NCBI RefSeq assembly: GCF_001949145.1 | Contig: NW_019091356.1 | Location: forward strand, 2,736,932 to 2,800,931 | Source of the DNA: Acanthaster planci | Taxonomy: Eukaryota | DNA: 64,000 nucleotides | Direction of reading: 5' to 3' | In this document: positions 48,023 through 61,200 of the stretch, piece by piece | Layout of the letters: each line of letters opens with the position of its first letter | How positions within the stretch are numbered: position 1 is the first letter of the stretch | Translations under genes and position numbers: made by a program | Notes under the pieces: model-generated | What the model was told of the DNA's origin: nothing | Seen by the model: the letters and a program-made list of their open reading frames with translations, nothing else | Database searches by the model: none

Positions 48023-48699
48023 CTTTGAAGTATTTCTACTTCTTAACAGGATTGTTCCTTTTACTGTCTGAACATCTTTTCTTTATTTTCAGCTGACAGC
48101 TGACATTTTTTGATTTCTTGTGGGTACAAGAAACAGTTCCTGTATAAAATTTTTGGCAGATCTTAGCCAACTTTCCCAGTTGATTGTAATGAGTTTCCAA
48201 GGCTGGAATTTTCATTATTTAATCAATATCTGGAAATTTAAAGGTCAGCTTTCTAAGCCTGTCTGACTATATCCAAGGTTTCAAGATGTGATCTGGAATT
48301 TGTTAATATATATGCATTTTTGTTATTTACTGTGTGATAAAATTGTTGAGTTGTTTTCTGTGTTGAGCTTGTTTTTCTGCATGTTCTGTTACAATTTCAA
48401 ACATTTGTGCCGGTACATATGATATGGAGATATCGTGCCTTTGACTTAGTTCATGTGCTTGGACATGAACAAATTCAAATTTTCTCTGTGAAAACTTCAA
48501 TGTTTTTTACATCGTTCTGTATTTTCTCCAGAGTAGTTACAACTAGAGGACACCCAAGTCACAGTCTTCCTGAAAAAATGGTTTTCCCACATCTGCTTGT
48601 GAACCAGATTCCTTGTGGAATCCTTGCACAGTTCCCTGTTGTGCATGCAGTGCCTAGATGAAGTCTTTATGTAGTTGTGCACATTCAAACATAAATTGT

Positions 48700-48903
48700 G
48701 AGCGATCTGCACCGTATACATGTACGCGCACAGCGTACGGAGGTCACATCGCTGTCAAAGGGGAATGCAAAATAATGTCAAAGTTGATGTCAAGTCTAAT
48801 TTCGCAGTGTGATTTGATGCGCATGATTTATCCCGGTTCCAACTGATAAAGCAATTAGCTGACAGACCAAACAGTCAAAGTGCGTGCCACTGAGTCCCAG
48901 GAG
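48700..48903 (+). promoter_or_regulatory. Candidate promoter and non-coding first exon of gene B
   Basis: Local CpG enrichment, TGATAA site, strong donor GAG|GTGAGT after 48903, about 320 nt upstream of the ATG. Confidence 0.3.
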
Positions 48904-49219
48904 GTGAGTTAAACAAATGTCTTATCTCCCTTTGTATTTTTCTAAAAAGGTAATTACTACTTGAAATCCTTCATGATACGCCATGATAACTGCTCAAACT
49001 GTGTGATCACCACTTTCGTGGGATTCCTTGAACTTTGTGCACTGATAAAAGAAACTTTGCGACACCACAAGCTCAATTTTTGGTCAGACTGGCGCAGCGT
49101 TTTCAGCCTGTTGCTTCCAGCCTGCCATTGCAGTGGTTCTCCGGTTCTCGTGGACATTTTGCTCAACTCAAGTTACTGCTTTCTCTTTGGTTTGATTGGA
49201 TGTGGCTGGTTGAGAAGAG

Positions 49220-52200
49220 ATGAGGTCCCTGCTCATCTGTCTGTTGGCCCTCCTGCCTCTTGGTATGTTGGTCTCTGTGTGTTCCTGTAAAAATGGCGCT
49301 TGCTTGGTTATGTTAATTTGTCAGTTTGCTTTTTCTTCTGTTTTAAAGTCTTGTTTGTACTCTCAAATATTGCACCGTATCAATAGATCTCAGACCCGTA
49401 GGTGCCAGGGTCATTTCCCTTTGTCTTTCTTAGCTATACTGAAATTGCTTCTATTTCAGTCACTTTTCTTTAAAAAAAGAAAGAAAAAGATTAGTTGTAT
49501 GCTCTTAATGTAGGTGTCAAGCATTGCAAAGTTCGTGCAACCGATTTAACTGATGTCAGCATCCATTGTAGCAGTCACAGTCTTTTAGGTGGCTGCATTG
49601 TTATTTTGGACATATTTTTTCAGTTTTTCCAAGTGTAACTTTTGAAATTGACTAAGGGATTTATTCTGCATTGTGAGCAGTGCTACTCAGTGATACCCTA
49701 AAGACTAATCCAAGGAGATCCACTCCAATAGCACCACCCCGCCTGCAATGCAGACCACAAACAGTCTTAAAACTTCAAGATTCAAGATCATTTGTCTGTA
49801 TAAAACACAGAAATTTGCCTTCCAATGGCAAACAAAATATAAAGAATATGATACAGTGCCTTCAGTATGTACAAATTACAGGGAACACACAGGTACATGC
49901 AGTTAATAAATACATTAACAGTTAACAGAAAAGAGATTCGTAAACATGAAATAATACATTACAGGAATACATTCAAATATTTAATAAAATTGGTCAGAAA
50001 AAAGTTTGCAGAGTGAGAATGGGAGAGAAAAGTTGAAGTAGAGAAAAGAGGAAATATAGAAACGAAGAAGAGGAGGCAGAGGAGGCAGGAAGAAGCGTGT
50101 GTCGCCGTGGATACTGTAAGCACATGTGTATCATTTGAACAAGCTACAGTACCTTACAATCCTGGCAAGAACCTGGGAGTGAGATCAGGGCCACTGCATT
50201 GTGGCATCTCATCTTGACCACCGTATTGGTGGTGTGCATAGAAGACTTTTCTTTGCTCTTTTTTATCGTTTATGTTGTTCGTACTTTCCCTTGTTTCGAA
50301 ATTCTTCCCATTTGATTTGTACATAGTTTATCAACAAAGACAGCTTGCTCAACTGAGGACTTGTCCTCACAAGTGATTTATTCATTCAGTGTCCTGTTTG
50401 TATTAAGAACTGTGGACGCTCTTGAAACTTACCGACAAATAAAAAAAAAACCGAGAGTCTGCTAGAAAATTAATTTTGTAAATTTGGCTTTGTAGTCCAT
50501 CTGAAAAATGGGATTATATTCTTGTAGTTGCCATCATACAGTTGGTTTGAACCCAAATGCAGTTTGTAAGATTTGTTTGACAAAAAAAGGACGAAAATGC
50601 CACAAACTTGTCTAAACTCAAGCAGAAAACAAGTGCAAAATGTAACTTATAGTACTTTGTACAGATTGGCATGGATTTACCAAATGGTGCCTTTGACTTT
50701 GATCCATCACACTTGTTTTAACCAATGACTTCTTATGTACATTGTGTACCGTTTAATGAACTACGTTGCAATGAGCATACACACCTAAATCTCAAAACTT
50801 TTTGGACCTTCAGCTTAAAGGTGTAGTCACAGGACCAAATTGCTCGGTTGACTGCAGGGCTCTTCTGTAGTGTGTTTGCCTGTGGACTCAACTTATCTGA
50901 TAAGACCGCAATTAACATTCACAAGGTCAACAGTGCACTTTTTTACCTACTTGAACCTCCAATACCTCACTCCAGAAAACTTTTTGGTCCACAGTGCATG
51001 ACATCAAAGTGGGAGTTTACTCAATGGAGATTCCTTTAGTTAGCTGAATTCTAATTTGGAGAATTTCAATTTCTGAGGCTGTATCCAGATTATGGTGCTG
51101 CTGACAGCAGTCCAATTTAGGTATGGATCTGGATATGGCTTGGTCCACTTCCCATACATATGTGTGTTCTAAGTAGCCGTAGGCCATGTATATGCAGCCG
51201 CACTCTGAAGACTCATTTTTCTAATACACTCATTAAATGCACATAGACTGGATTCATAGTGACCATCATTTGCAGGAAAGACTGTAATTCTTTACAGAAG
51301 GTTACCAGCTCCAGAAGAAGGTAGGCCGTGTCTGAGTCACTTGTCTACTGTTTGAAATTAAAACTCTAAGGCAATGGCTGTGGCCAGTTCTCATTAAGTC
51401 GTTTGTAAATTCTGGCTGTAGCCAAGTGAGTCAGACACGGCTTTATAGTACTCTAGTGCTTACTGTCGAATGGGTTCAAGTTAGCTAAGCTAGATATCAG
51501 GGCTTCTTTCGCAGTCTTTTGTTAATTCGATTAGAAAATTGTTAACAGTTGTTAAGAATCAGTGCAGACTTATTTTTTAACTGTAAATGAAAAAAAAAAA
51601 ACAAACGTAATGTGAAAAGACCATTATTAAGGGGTACGTGTAAGTGAGAATAAAATTCTGCTGATTTAAGTAACTGGGGTGAGTTTTTCACATGTGATTT
51701 TATAATCAGTGTACCACTGACTTTGTTGAGATTTGGTCAATGTTGAAGTCTGCTATCAAAGTCAACAGAACATCTCCCCCTACGTGGTGCTGATACCAGA
51801 TGTCAACTTGATACCAGAAATGCAGAAATAACGACTTTTTCATTTGTCTTTATCAGGATGGTGTCCACACTCTACGCTATTTTTGTATTGTACAAGAGAT
51901 AAAATGGCTCCAACCTTTTATTTTCTCTTCCCTGTCAGGGGCGGGGCATCAAAAAAAGGAGGGTGCAGGAGATGAAAGCTGTCTCAGTTAACTGAAGTCT
52001 TTTACATGTCACCAAAAGCAGTTGGTGAAATTCTGATTTTATAAAAACTTGAAATGCACTTAAACTCAGCAGTGCTTATTTGTGTTCAAAACATATGGTA
52101 CATGTGATGTTGAACAGCACATCAATAGTTGAGTCAGGGGAGATCTTGTATTATATTGTTTATTGCATTTCCCATGGGTTAGTTCCAGTCATACATTAAC

Positions 52201-55200
52201 CCTAACACTCTTCAATCCTTAACCTGTTGGAGGACTGAGGACTGTTAGGGTTAATGAATGTAACTACAAAGGCAATATCTGAAATGAGATGTTTATTTTA
52301 TAGGTTTAAACATTAAAAAAAATAGTTTTAGTTTATTTAGTGTTTTATTTTGCGTGTATTGTTTTTAGCCTTTTGAGGCCTTGTCTTTCAAGCTGTTTTT
52401 TTTCTAAAGCTTTATCTTTATAGTTTTGACACTTGTTCAAACCTTTCAATGAAATTTAAGCTTTATAACCCTGAATGTTAAATCAGAAAAGTTCTTATTT
52501 TCAAGAATTAGAAGTTACTCATATGTGTTTCCATGTTCTATGCCCCAACATTACCTTTGAAAATGCTGACTTCACACCCGTTCTGATGAGCTAAAACACT
52601 TGTGCCCAAACATTTTAATTTCTGAAATTGACCATATGTAGCTCTCTGTCAGCGATGCCCCTATGGTTGGGAGATGTACTCCCCCGGGGACACCTGCGTC
52701 ATCCTCAAGATGGACTCCTCCAAGAACTTTCATGAGGCCCAGAAGGATTGCAAGTCCTACGACTCACTGACCGACCTGGTGGTCATCAAAGACAATGCCA
52801 TGAATGTGAGAAGCCATAAAATGTTGTAGTGGGTTTGAAGAAGACATGCCAACATTAGCTAGTGTGGTTCCGTGATAACAAGCAAGGTTCACGTATAATG
52901 CCGTGTCTGTGCCACTGAGCCTTGTGTGGACTAAGCCAGGTTATCTCTTTGCAGGAAACAGTTTTGGAGGCCTTGTTTTGGGTTATTGGGTTGTCTGTAG
53001 CAAAATGAAAAGAAAAAAATCAAGGAAACCATTAACAAAAAAATCCATATTAAAAGAACGAGTAGTTTCACCAAGTTTTCTTTACACAAAAACAATGATA
53101 TTGCCCGCACTAGGTAGATAACAGGACAATGTGAAGCAGTACGTCTCTGGGCCAGCCCCGTCGCCAGCTTCAGTCATTAAGGACGGGCCACAGTATCAGC
53201 TGAGGGGCCAAATCACAAGAACAAAACATTTCTTATGCTTATGGTTTTTACCGATGGTGGGGGGGGGAGCAGCTTCCAAACAAAGGGGGCCCTGAACCGC
53301 TTGGGCTCCCCTTGGCAATGTTCTAGGCATTCTAGCATTGTTTTTTTGTTGAGGGAGGGAAGGGTAATTGTTATGTTTTGTGCCAAACTGTACCCAATTT
53401 GTTCCTGTTTCAGTTTATGATTTCAGAGGGGTGCAGAGTGGACAGGGCGTTGGTCCTTTACTATTCCCCCCCCTAGCATAACTAGGCTGAACTTTCAGAG
53501 GAAGAACCTGCAATGCCCACATTTTGTCGAGGTGGCACTTCAAAGCAAATTAACTGTGGCATGTACATATAGGCTGTGTACATTTAAAAATTTCAAAGGA
53601 GGACCCTGGGGGAGGGGGGATCACAGACCTCCCCTGACATCCCAATCATTCTGCTTTCATCACTGTTTACAAAAAAGTGCAACATAACCCTTTTGCTACA
53701 ATTCGCAATTTCTACTCGCAGACGTGGCTGACAAACCTCATCAAGAACACCAACAGCGAGTTCATGATTGGACTCTCCGACCAAGGCACAGAGGACAAGT
53801 TTGTCTGGGTCAACGGAGACGAGCTGGAGGGGCAGAAACAGAAGTGAGTCAGAATTATCCTGGTGGGGTGGGGCACAGGCTATCTCCGCCCACAAAATGT
53901 CCCCCGCATCCCTACGAGGAGTGAAGTGTATTCACAATCAATGAATGTTGCTAGCACTTCTGTGGATTCAATTTTATCCCATCAAAGAAGACTCTAAGAT
54001 GATAACATATCTGTTTTACTTTCCTTTTTTAGAGCCCTTCCATTTGATACACCCAAGGGTTGAACAGGCAGTCTGTGAAGGGATGTGAGAATCTAGCTTT
54101 TTAGCTGATTTCGGCCTTTTTTGTCCATATTTTTACTAAACAAAAATTGTCAGCTCTTTGTACACATGCAGTACAAAATGATAGAAACTTCTTAAAGTTC
54201 ATCTTCTTTGCTCTTTTTAGCCTACTTTGTATTTGGCCATTCACAACTCTTTGTTCTAGAGAAGTTAAAAAAAAAAAAGCAGTAGCATCTGCCCTTCATA
54301 CTTTTAGAATCACTGCTGTGGCCGAAGTCGAAATGCGCTGTCACTTAGTGGTGTCTTTTGCTGTAATATTTGCTTCTGTTTGTGCCCAAAAGTTTTCTTG
54401 TTTATTCATTCCTGTATTCCTTTGTTTGTTGTTTTGCTCTTTTTTTCATTGGTCTGCATTTCTCCTTCTTTTAAATTTTACTTATTTTTGTTGCTTGTTT
54501 GTACAGGACAAATTTGTTCAAATCTGTTAGGCATTTGTTCAATTATTCTTTAAATATCGAAGAATTCTAATTGGTTGCTGAAATTTGTTTTGTTTTGCAC
54601 ACTAGTCCCAATTGGAATGGAGGGGAACCAAATGATTATAACCAGGCTGAAGACTGTGTCCACATATTGCCCAATGGAAAATGGAATGATATTGGATGTG
54701 ACAAGGCCTATTACTTTATATGCCAGAGGCCGAACGGTAAGGATACAGTGATACTGTCACTACTGTGAATCCACACAGCATGTGAACAAGAGACGGCATT
54801 TATACATGGCAATGATATGTTAGATAATCCACCTTGCAATGTGCTTGGGGCACACTCTGTGCATGCATGGGTTCCTTATGTGGGCTTTTAAGGGATGGCT
54901 GCTGATGAGCACATGCCACCAAATGCACTCTGCACCCAGTGGAAGCAAACCCCATCAGCCTCTTTTCTCCTTGGCGGGGGGGGGGTTGACATAGAATGGA
55001 AATAAAAGCATGTTTTGACAGAGCGTGGATTGTACTCTGAAATGGCATTCATTCCTACTTACAAATGTAATTATAGTGTAGCTTCAGAAGGATTTAGGCA
55101 AATGTGACATTGATGTTTGAATGACAACTTTATGCATCTTAGACTAGTAGTTGGACCATGGTTTTATTCAGTTGTAATTAGTAGATGTGATCAATTCAAA

Positions 55201-58200
55201 TCAGATATGACAGGATTAATTTAGGGGCAGTGTTTGCACCCGCTCAGTGTTGGCAGAATGTTGAAAGCACACTGTATGTATCTCTGCACGGGGAACTAAC
55301 CAATGGTGCTTTTATGACAGAATGAGGTGGCCAATCATTCATTTGCCTTTTGCACTCCCCTTTCCCCCGTTTTGTAAAGAAACCCAAGTTATTCACTAAT
55401 CTTTTTTGTGATCCTTGCAACAGATGTTCCTCTCGCGTGTGATGAAGACAAGGGCTGGAAGACAGGTGTGGAGCGTTGCTTGAAATACTACAGTACCTCC
55501 CTGAATTGGGCCGACGCTCGTCAGTACTGCCAGGACAGACAAGCTGACCTGCTCCAGATGCACTCGGCTGCCGAGCAGAGCCTGATCCTGACGATGTCTG
55601 TGGCTGGTAACTGGAACACATTCTGGATCGGACTGACGGATCAGGTGGGGCTGTTTGTCTGTCACATTTGTTGGATGGCTGTGGGTTGGCAGTTAACGGG
55701 ACAGGTTAAGTGTTCTGGAGGCCCTCATCCATTCCAGGCTTCATCACCATGTGCTGGTAAACACTCCAGCCTCTCGTTTATGTTGATGCTAAGCTGTTCT
55801 GAGCCAGTCTGGTAGCTATTATTGCCATTGGCAATGTATTGGACATATTTGAGATTCATGGTCGGGGACTCATGTCCCATTAGGTAGTGCTGCCTAGGTT
55901 CTCAGCTCTGCCAAGGTACAAGCACCGATTTCATAGTGCTCGCTAGTGGTGAAATCTTGCATTTCATGTTGGTGCAAAGCTGAAGAAAGCTGTAAACTAG
56001 CAAGTTGTTGAAACTTTCCTATAACTGATGATTCAGGAAGACACTAAAACTTTTCTTGTGCCTGTCTGAATGTTGTTGTTTGTGTTTTATGGCACACCTA
56101 TGGTAGTTTAGTTGGCCGTTGACATTCTGTAGGCTTCAGACTTCTCAGTGGTTGAGTTTTGTAACCCTTTTGTACTCCTTTGCTCAGTTGGAAGAACAAA
56201 AAGGTGTTGTTTATGGAGTTGAGTGCTCATTCTTAACCAAAATGAAGTTTAAACCTGCTNNNNNNNNNNNNNNNNNNNNNNNNNNNNNNNNNNNNNNNNN
56301 NNNNNNNNNNNNNNNNNNNNNNNNNNNNNNNNNNNNNNNNNNNNNNNNNNNNNNNNNNNNNNNNNNNNNNNNNNNNNNNNNNNNNNNNNNNNNNNNNNNN
56401 NNNNNNNNNNNNNNNNNNNNNNNNNNNNNNNNNNNNNNNNNNNNNNNNNNNNNNNNNNNNNNNNNNNNNNNNNNNNNNNNNNNNNNNNNNNNNNNNNNNN
56501 NNNNNNNNNNNNNNNNNNNNNNNNNNNNNNNNNNNNNNNNNNNNNNNNNNNNNNNNNNNNNNNNNNNNNNNNNNNNNNNNNNNNNNNNNNNNNNNNNNNN
56601 NNNNNNNNNNNNNNNNNNNNNNNNNNNNNNNNNNNNNNNNNNNNNNNNNNNNNNNNNNNNNNNNNNNNNNNNNNNNNNNNNNNNNNNNNNNNNNNNNNNN
56701 NNNNNNNNNNNNNNNNNNNNNNNNNNNNNNNNNNNNNNNNNNNNNNNNNNNNNNNNNNNNNNNNNNNNNNNNNNNNNNNNNNNNNNNNNNNNNNNNNNNN
56801 NNNNNNNNNNNNNNNNNNNNNNNNNNNNNNNNNNNNNNNNNNNNNNNNNNNNNNNNNNNNNNNNNNNNNNNNNNNNNNNNNNNNNNNNNNNNNNNNNNNN
56901 NNNNNNNNNNNNNNNNNNNNNNNNNNNNNNNNNNNNNNNNNNNNNNNNNNNNNNNNNNNNNNNNNNNNNNNNNNNNNNNNNNNNNNNNNNNNNNNNNNNN
57001 NNNNNNNNNNNNNNNNNNNNNNNNNNNNNNNNNNNNNNNNNNNNNNNNNNNNNNNNNNNNNNNNNNNNNNNNNNNNNNNNNNNNNNNNNNNNNNNNNNNN
57101 NCAAACCTGGGGGAACTACTGTCAAAGATTTTGGGATGGGTTTTTGTGCCCACTTGACATAATTTTTTTTTTTACAGCACTGCATGATCAGGATTTCCAG
57201 ATTCTGAACTGAAGAACGTTGTGCTTGCCCGGAAGTTGATTCAATTTATGAACTTCAAATACCCAGCAAAGTCTGAATTATTTCAAGTGCCAGTTCCTTT
57301 TTTTCTCAAAAAGTTTCAAATTGTAAGACATGCCTTTTGTGTTAACCGTTTCTTTTGTGTTGCTTTCATTTCTATGCACCTTTACAGATCAAGGGCATTA
57401 AAGGACAGTACAACTGGGTTGATAATACAACTCTTGGGGCCTTAAAGAACTGGGCACCTAGCCAACCAGATAATAGGTCAAGATTTGTTATTATTTACTT
57501 TTGTGTGTCTATGTTGCTGACTGTTGTGTGTCTGCTTTGTTCATCATAGATTACCAGTGGTTAAAGTTAGAGGGGTGATTAACTCTTGTGGCTTTTTCTC
57601 AGAAATGTACCAACTGTATGATGCTGTGGAGATCAGTCACGTAGCCTATGTTTCGTTTGCCTATTGCAAAACAGAATGATCATTCAGTTTTAGATTCAAT
57701 CTTAAAATTCACAGCTGTTAATAGGCTTTTTGGATGTCCTTTTTGAGTCATTGATATGTGGTAGTCACCGTGTCTATCTTGTTGAAACTTTCATTTGTAA
57801 TTTTTCTTATCGGTGGCAGTTTTTTTGACAAAGGAGGGAACTGCGTCGAGATCCTTAACAACCCGTCGGATGGGAAATGGACAACAGCAGCATGCACTGA
57901 CAAGAGAAGTTTTGTGTGCGAAAAGCCAAAGGGTAAGAATTGAAAACTTTTCTTTTCGGTCTGATTTCCTTTAAGACGTTTGCGCCATGGTGAAGCCAGC
58001 CATTTTGGAAAAATGACATGTAACTCGTGCATATAGATGAATACATGTAAACTTGGTAACATGCCATCACTGGTCAATATTGGATACCAGGATCTGTCTG
58101 GTGCAGGAAAGAGCTGAATTATGAGAAAATATTTTTTTCCATCAGCTGTCTTTTATCATTTTCTCCAAGACTTCTTTTTTTCAGTGATATGTGATACATT

Positions 58201-61200
58201 TTCTTAGGTAAAATTCAAATTTGGAAGGAATTTCTCCCTCTTTGTTAGGAACGTGCGCGCCTGGCTGGCGCATCCATGGCGGCCAGTGTTACAACATCTA
58301 CACCAACTCCCCGATGACCTGGTTTGTCGCCAAGGCAACCTGCGAAGCCCACAGGGCTTTCCTGACCAGTGTGCACGGGTAAGTCTGGTAGAGGCAAAAT
58401 AAGTAATAGTTGCACTTCTTTTCTTTTTTTGTTTCTTTTTCATTTCAATTTACATGCGTTATTTGTTTTGTCTGACTTTGAATCCTGGCTACTGTGTCAA
58501 AATTGCTTTCTCTGTAATGCTTTACTGCTGTGTACAATCCAGTATAAGTAAACTATTTCAGTAGGTAAGTAGCAGTAACTTAAATGAATTCTGAAGCTTG
58601 TCTAAAAGAAAATTGATGGCAAATAATGCTTCTTTCTGGGGATGGGTGGGAGGTATCATGCCTATTTTATTTCATGTCTTTATTCCCATTATGCTAGAGG
58701 CCACTTTTACTGTACTGAAAATTTCTTCTTGCGCAGCTGCAGACATTTTTTTATTTCTTCCTCATTGCATCTCTCAAAGTCGGTTTGAAAAGCAGTTATT
58801 TCTAGAGTAAGGGTCAAATACTGTAGATTTGTTTTGTTTTTGGTGTGGGGGGGACGTGCTGTCTTGTTCATCATTAGTTCTGATGGGGAACTAGGGATTA
58901 GGGCAGTTTAGATAAAAATTGACTGATAATTTGCAACATTTGTTTATTTTGCTACAGTATTTTATCAGATTTTTTATCTGATCCCTGCTGGTACTAAGTA
59001 GATTCAGTAACTATCAATGACATAACACAACCCACACGTGCAAGTGACGCTGTTAATTGACTCACTAAGAGCTGTGCACAAACCGGCACTGTTACTCCCC
59101 TGAATTTCAAGAGGGTCAAAGTTTCTATCTCTCCAATTTTAGCATGTAACAAAAGATACTACAACCACAGTGACTGAAGAAACATGGAGTGAACAAAACT
59201 ATCACAAACAAATAAGTAGACGCTATCTGCATTTCACAACAAAATAGTCACCAGTAAGATTACTCAAGTAATAATTTGGCAAATTATATTTTAATTCAAC
59301 ATGAATTCCTAGTGTTGGTTCTGAGAAGTTTTACTTATTCTTAAGAAACCATTAATTGCTGCAATTAGACGTATTGGAGTGTAACTTTCTCAAACGTCAG
59401 TGCTTTTTGCAACTTGTTTCCAGACAGACCTTATTTTAAATGTAGTTGAATCATATCCAGAATTCGTTGTCATTCAATGTTTGTGTTAGCGCATTTTGGA
59501 GTCAAACAGAGGGAAGTCTCTGTCAATTATGAAAATGCTTTTGATTTCAATTATGATTGATACCACTAGATTGACAGGTTCACTCTGATAGAGAAATAGG
59601 TGGTCATCTTAGAAAAAAATGGAAACAAGTTAAAAATAAAAAAGAAAAAGACAGGGACCTTTGAATTGACCCTTGTCATCTATTGATGGTATGTCATCTG
59701 TTACTAATCAGGAGTTCTCTCCTCCCCTGAGCGAGCTCTATCATCCTCCTGCTGATGCCCAATTTCACAGCTTAAAGTAGACCCACTGTATTTCCATTTG
59801 ATTCCTCTGTACTTCCTCTTGCAGTGCTGATGAGAATGCCTTCATCGTAAAGCAGCTTGCCAGCCTGAGTGAAGTGAATATTGACAGGGTGTGGATGGGT
59901 GCTTCGGGTAGGTTGAGCATTGTAACACAGCCTGGGTGTAAATTGGGTGCTCAGTGGGTATGGATGGACAATTCAGGTAGGACACATAGCATGGTGCAGG
60001 ATTTCAGTTGGGTACTGATAGGGTGAAGATGGGTGCTTTTAGTATTGGGTATCCACTGGGTGTGGATAGGGGCTTCGTCTAGGGTGAAATGTGTGTCATA
60101 AGAATTCAGTTGGGTATCTCCTAGGTGAAGGTTAGATCAACAGCATGATATGTGCAGATTTGACTAGTTATCAAGTTGATGTAAAGGGGTGCTTTAATAA
60201 GGAGCAAGTCATCACTTGATCAGCCCTGAACATAGAAACTTTTCATATTTTGCCTTGAGCTGACCTTTTTTCTACGAAAGAAAAAGGATCCTCATTATGA
60301 AAGAGAAAGATGAAAGATTCTCCCTCAAGTCAGCTCGTGTGTTACTTTTAACAGATACAAAGACGGACGGAACATTTGAATGGGTTGATGGCACGACAAT
60401 GTCATACATGAATTGGCAGCCGAACGGACCTACAAATGGAAAGTACACCGATTGCAGCTTTTATGATACCTGTGAGTGCAATCAAGATGCTATTATGATT
60501 TTTGACTATCTGAAATGCTCATGTGTGACCATGCAGCTCTGACCACAGTTGGATTCAAAGCTTTTAAAATGGAACTAATATTGTGGCAAGTCATATTTTG
60601 AGTGCGACTGTTATCCAAACAACCTGACGAAATCCTTTCTCATTTGCTAGATTTCACACTCCGGTGTGATCATTTCCATCCATTCACTGGCGTCCCTCAT
60701 CCTGTCTCATTTGTGAGTCTCCTCTGGGCTTACATGAAAATAACGGTTGCCATGCTCTTGGGCTGGCTGGTTTGTGAGCCGTTTCATTAGAAGGTCAATC
60801 AATCAATGGCTGCATTGAACCCTTGTGCCCCGAGGACAGAGTTAAAGATGTAATGTGTTCTTCAGTGGTAATCCATAAGGCACATTATGTCTTTCAGTTT
60901 GTAAGGTATCAAGAACAAAGTAATCTGTAACTTTTGAGCGTCCTGTCTGACACTTGCAATTGGTCCCCTTTTCAGCTGATGCTCAGGGCAAGTGGAATAC
61001 AGGCAACTGTTACGAAGTTCTTCCCTTCATTTGTAAGATAAAGGCTGGTGAGTAAATAATGGACAAGTTCTGTCAAAAAGATTACAAAACGGGGCATTTT
61101 TTTAATCTACATAGTATGAGAGAAAACAATTGTGGAACTTTTTTATCCTTTCCTTCTTGAAGTAGGTTAAAAGATTTAGCCTTACTTCTCAGAAGGCCAT

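Noticed and set aside
56119..57185. Longest ORFs in the track (306-347 aa)
   Set aside because: Artefacts of translating through the N gap.
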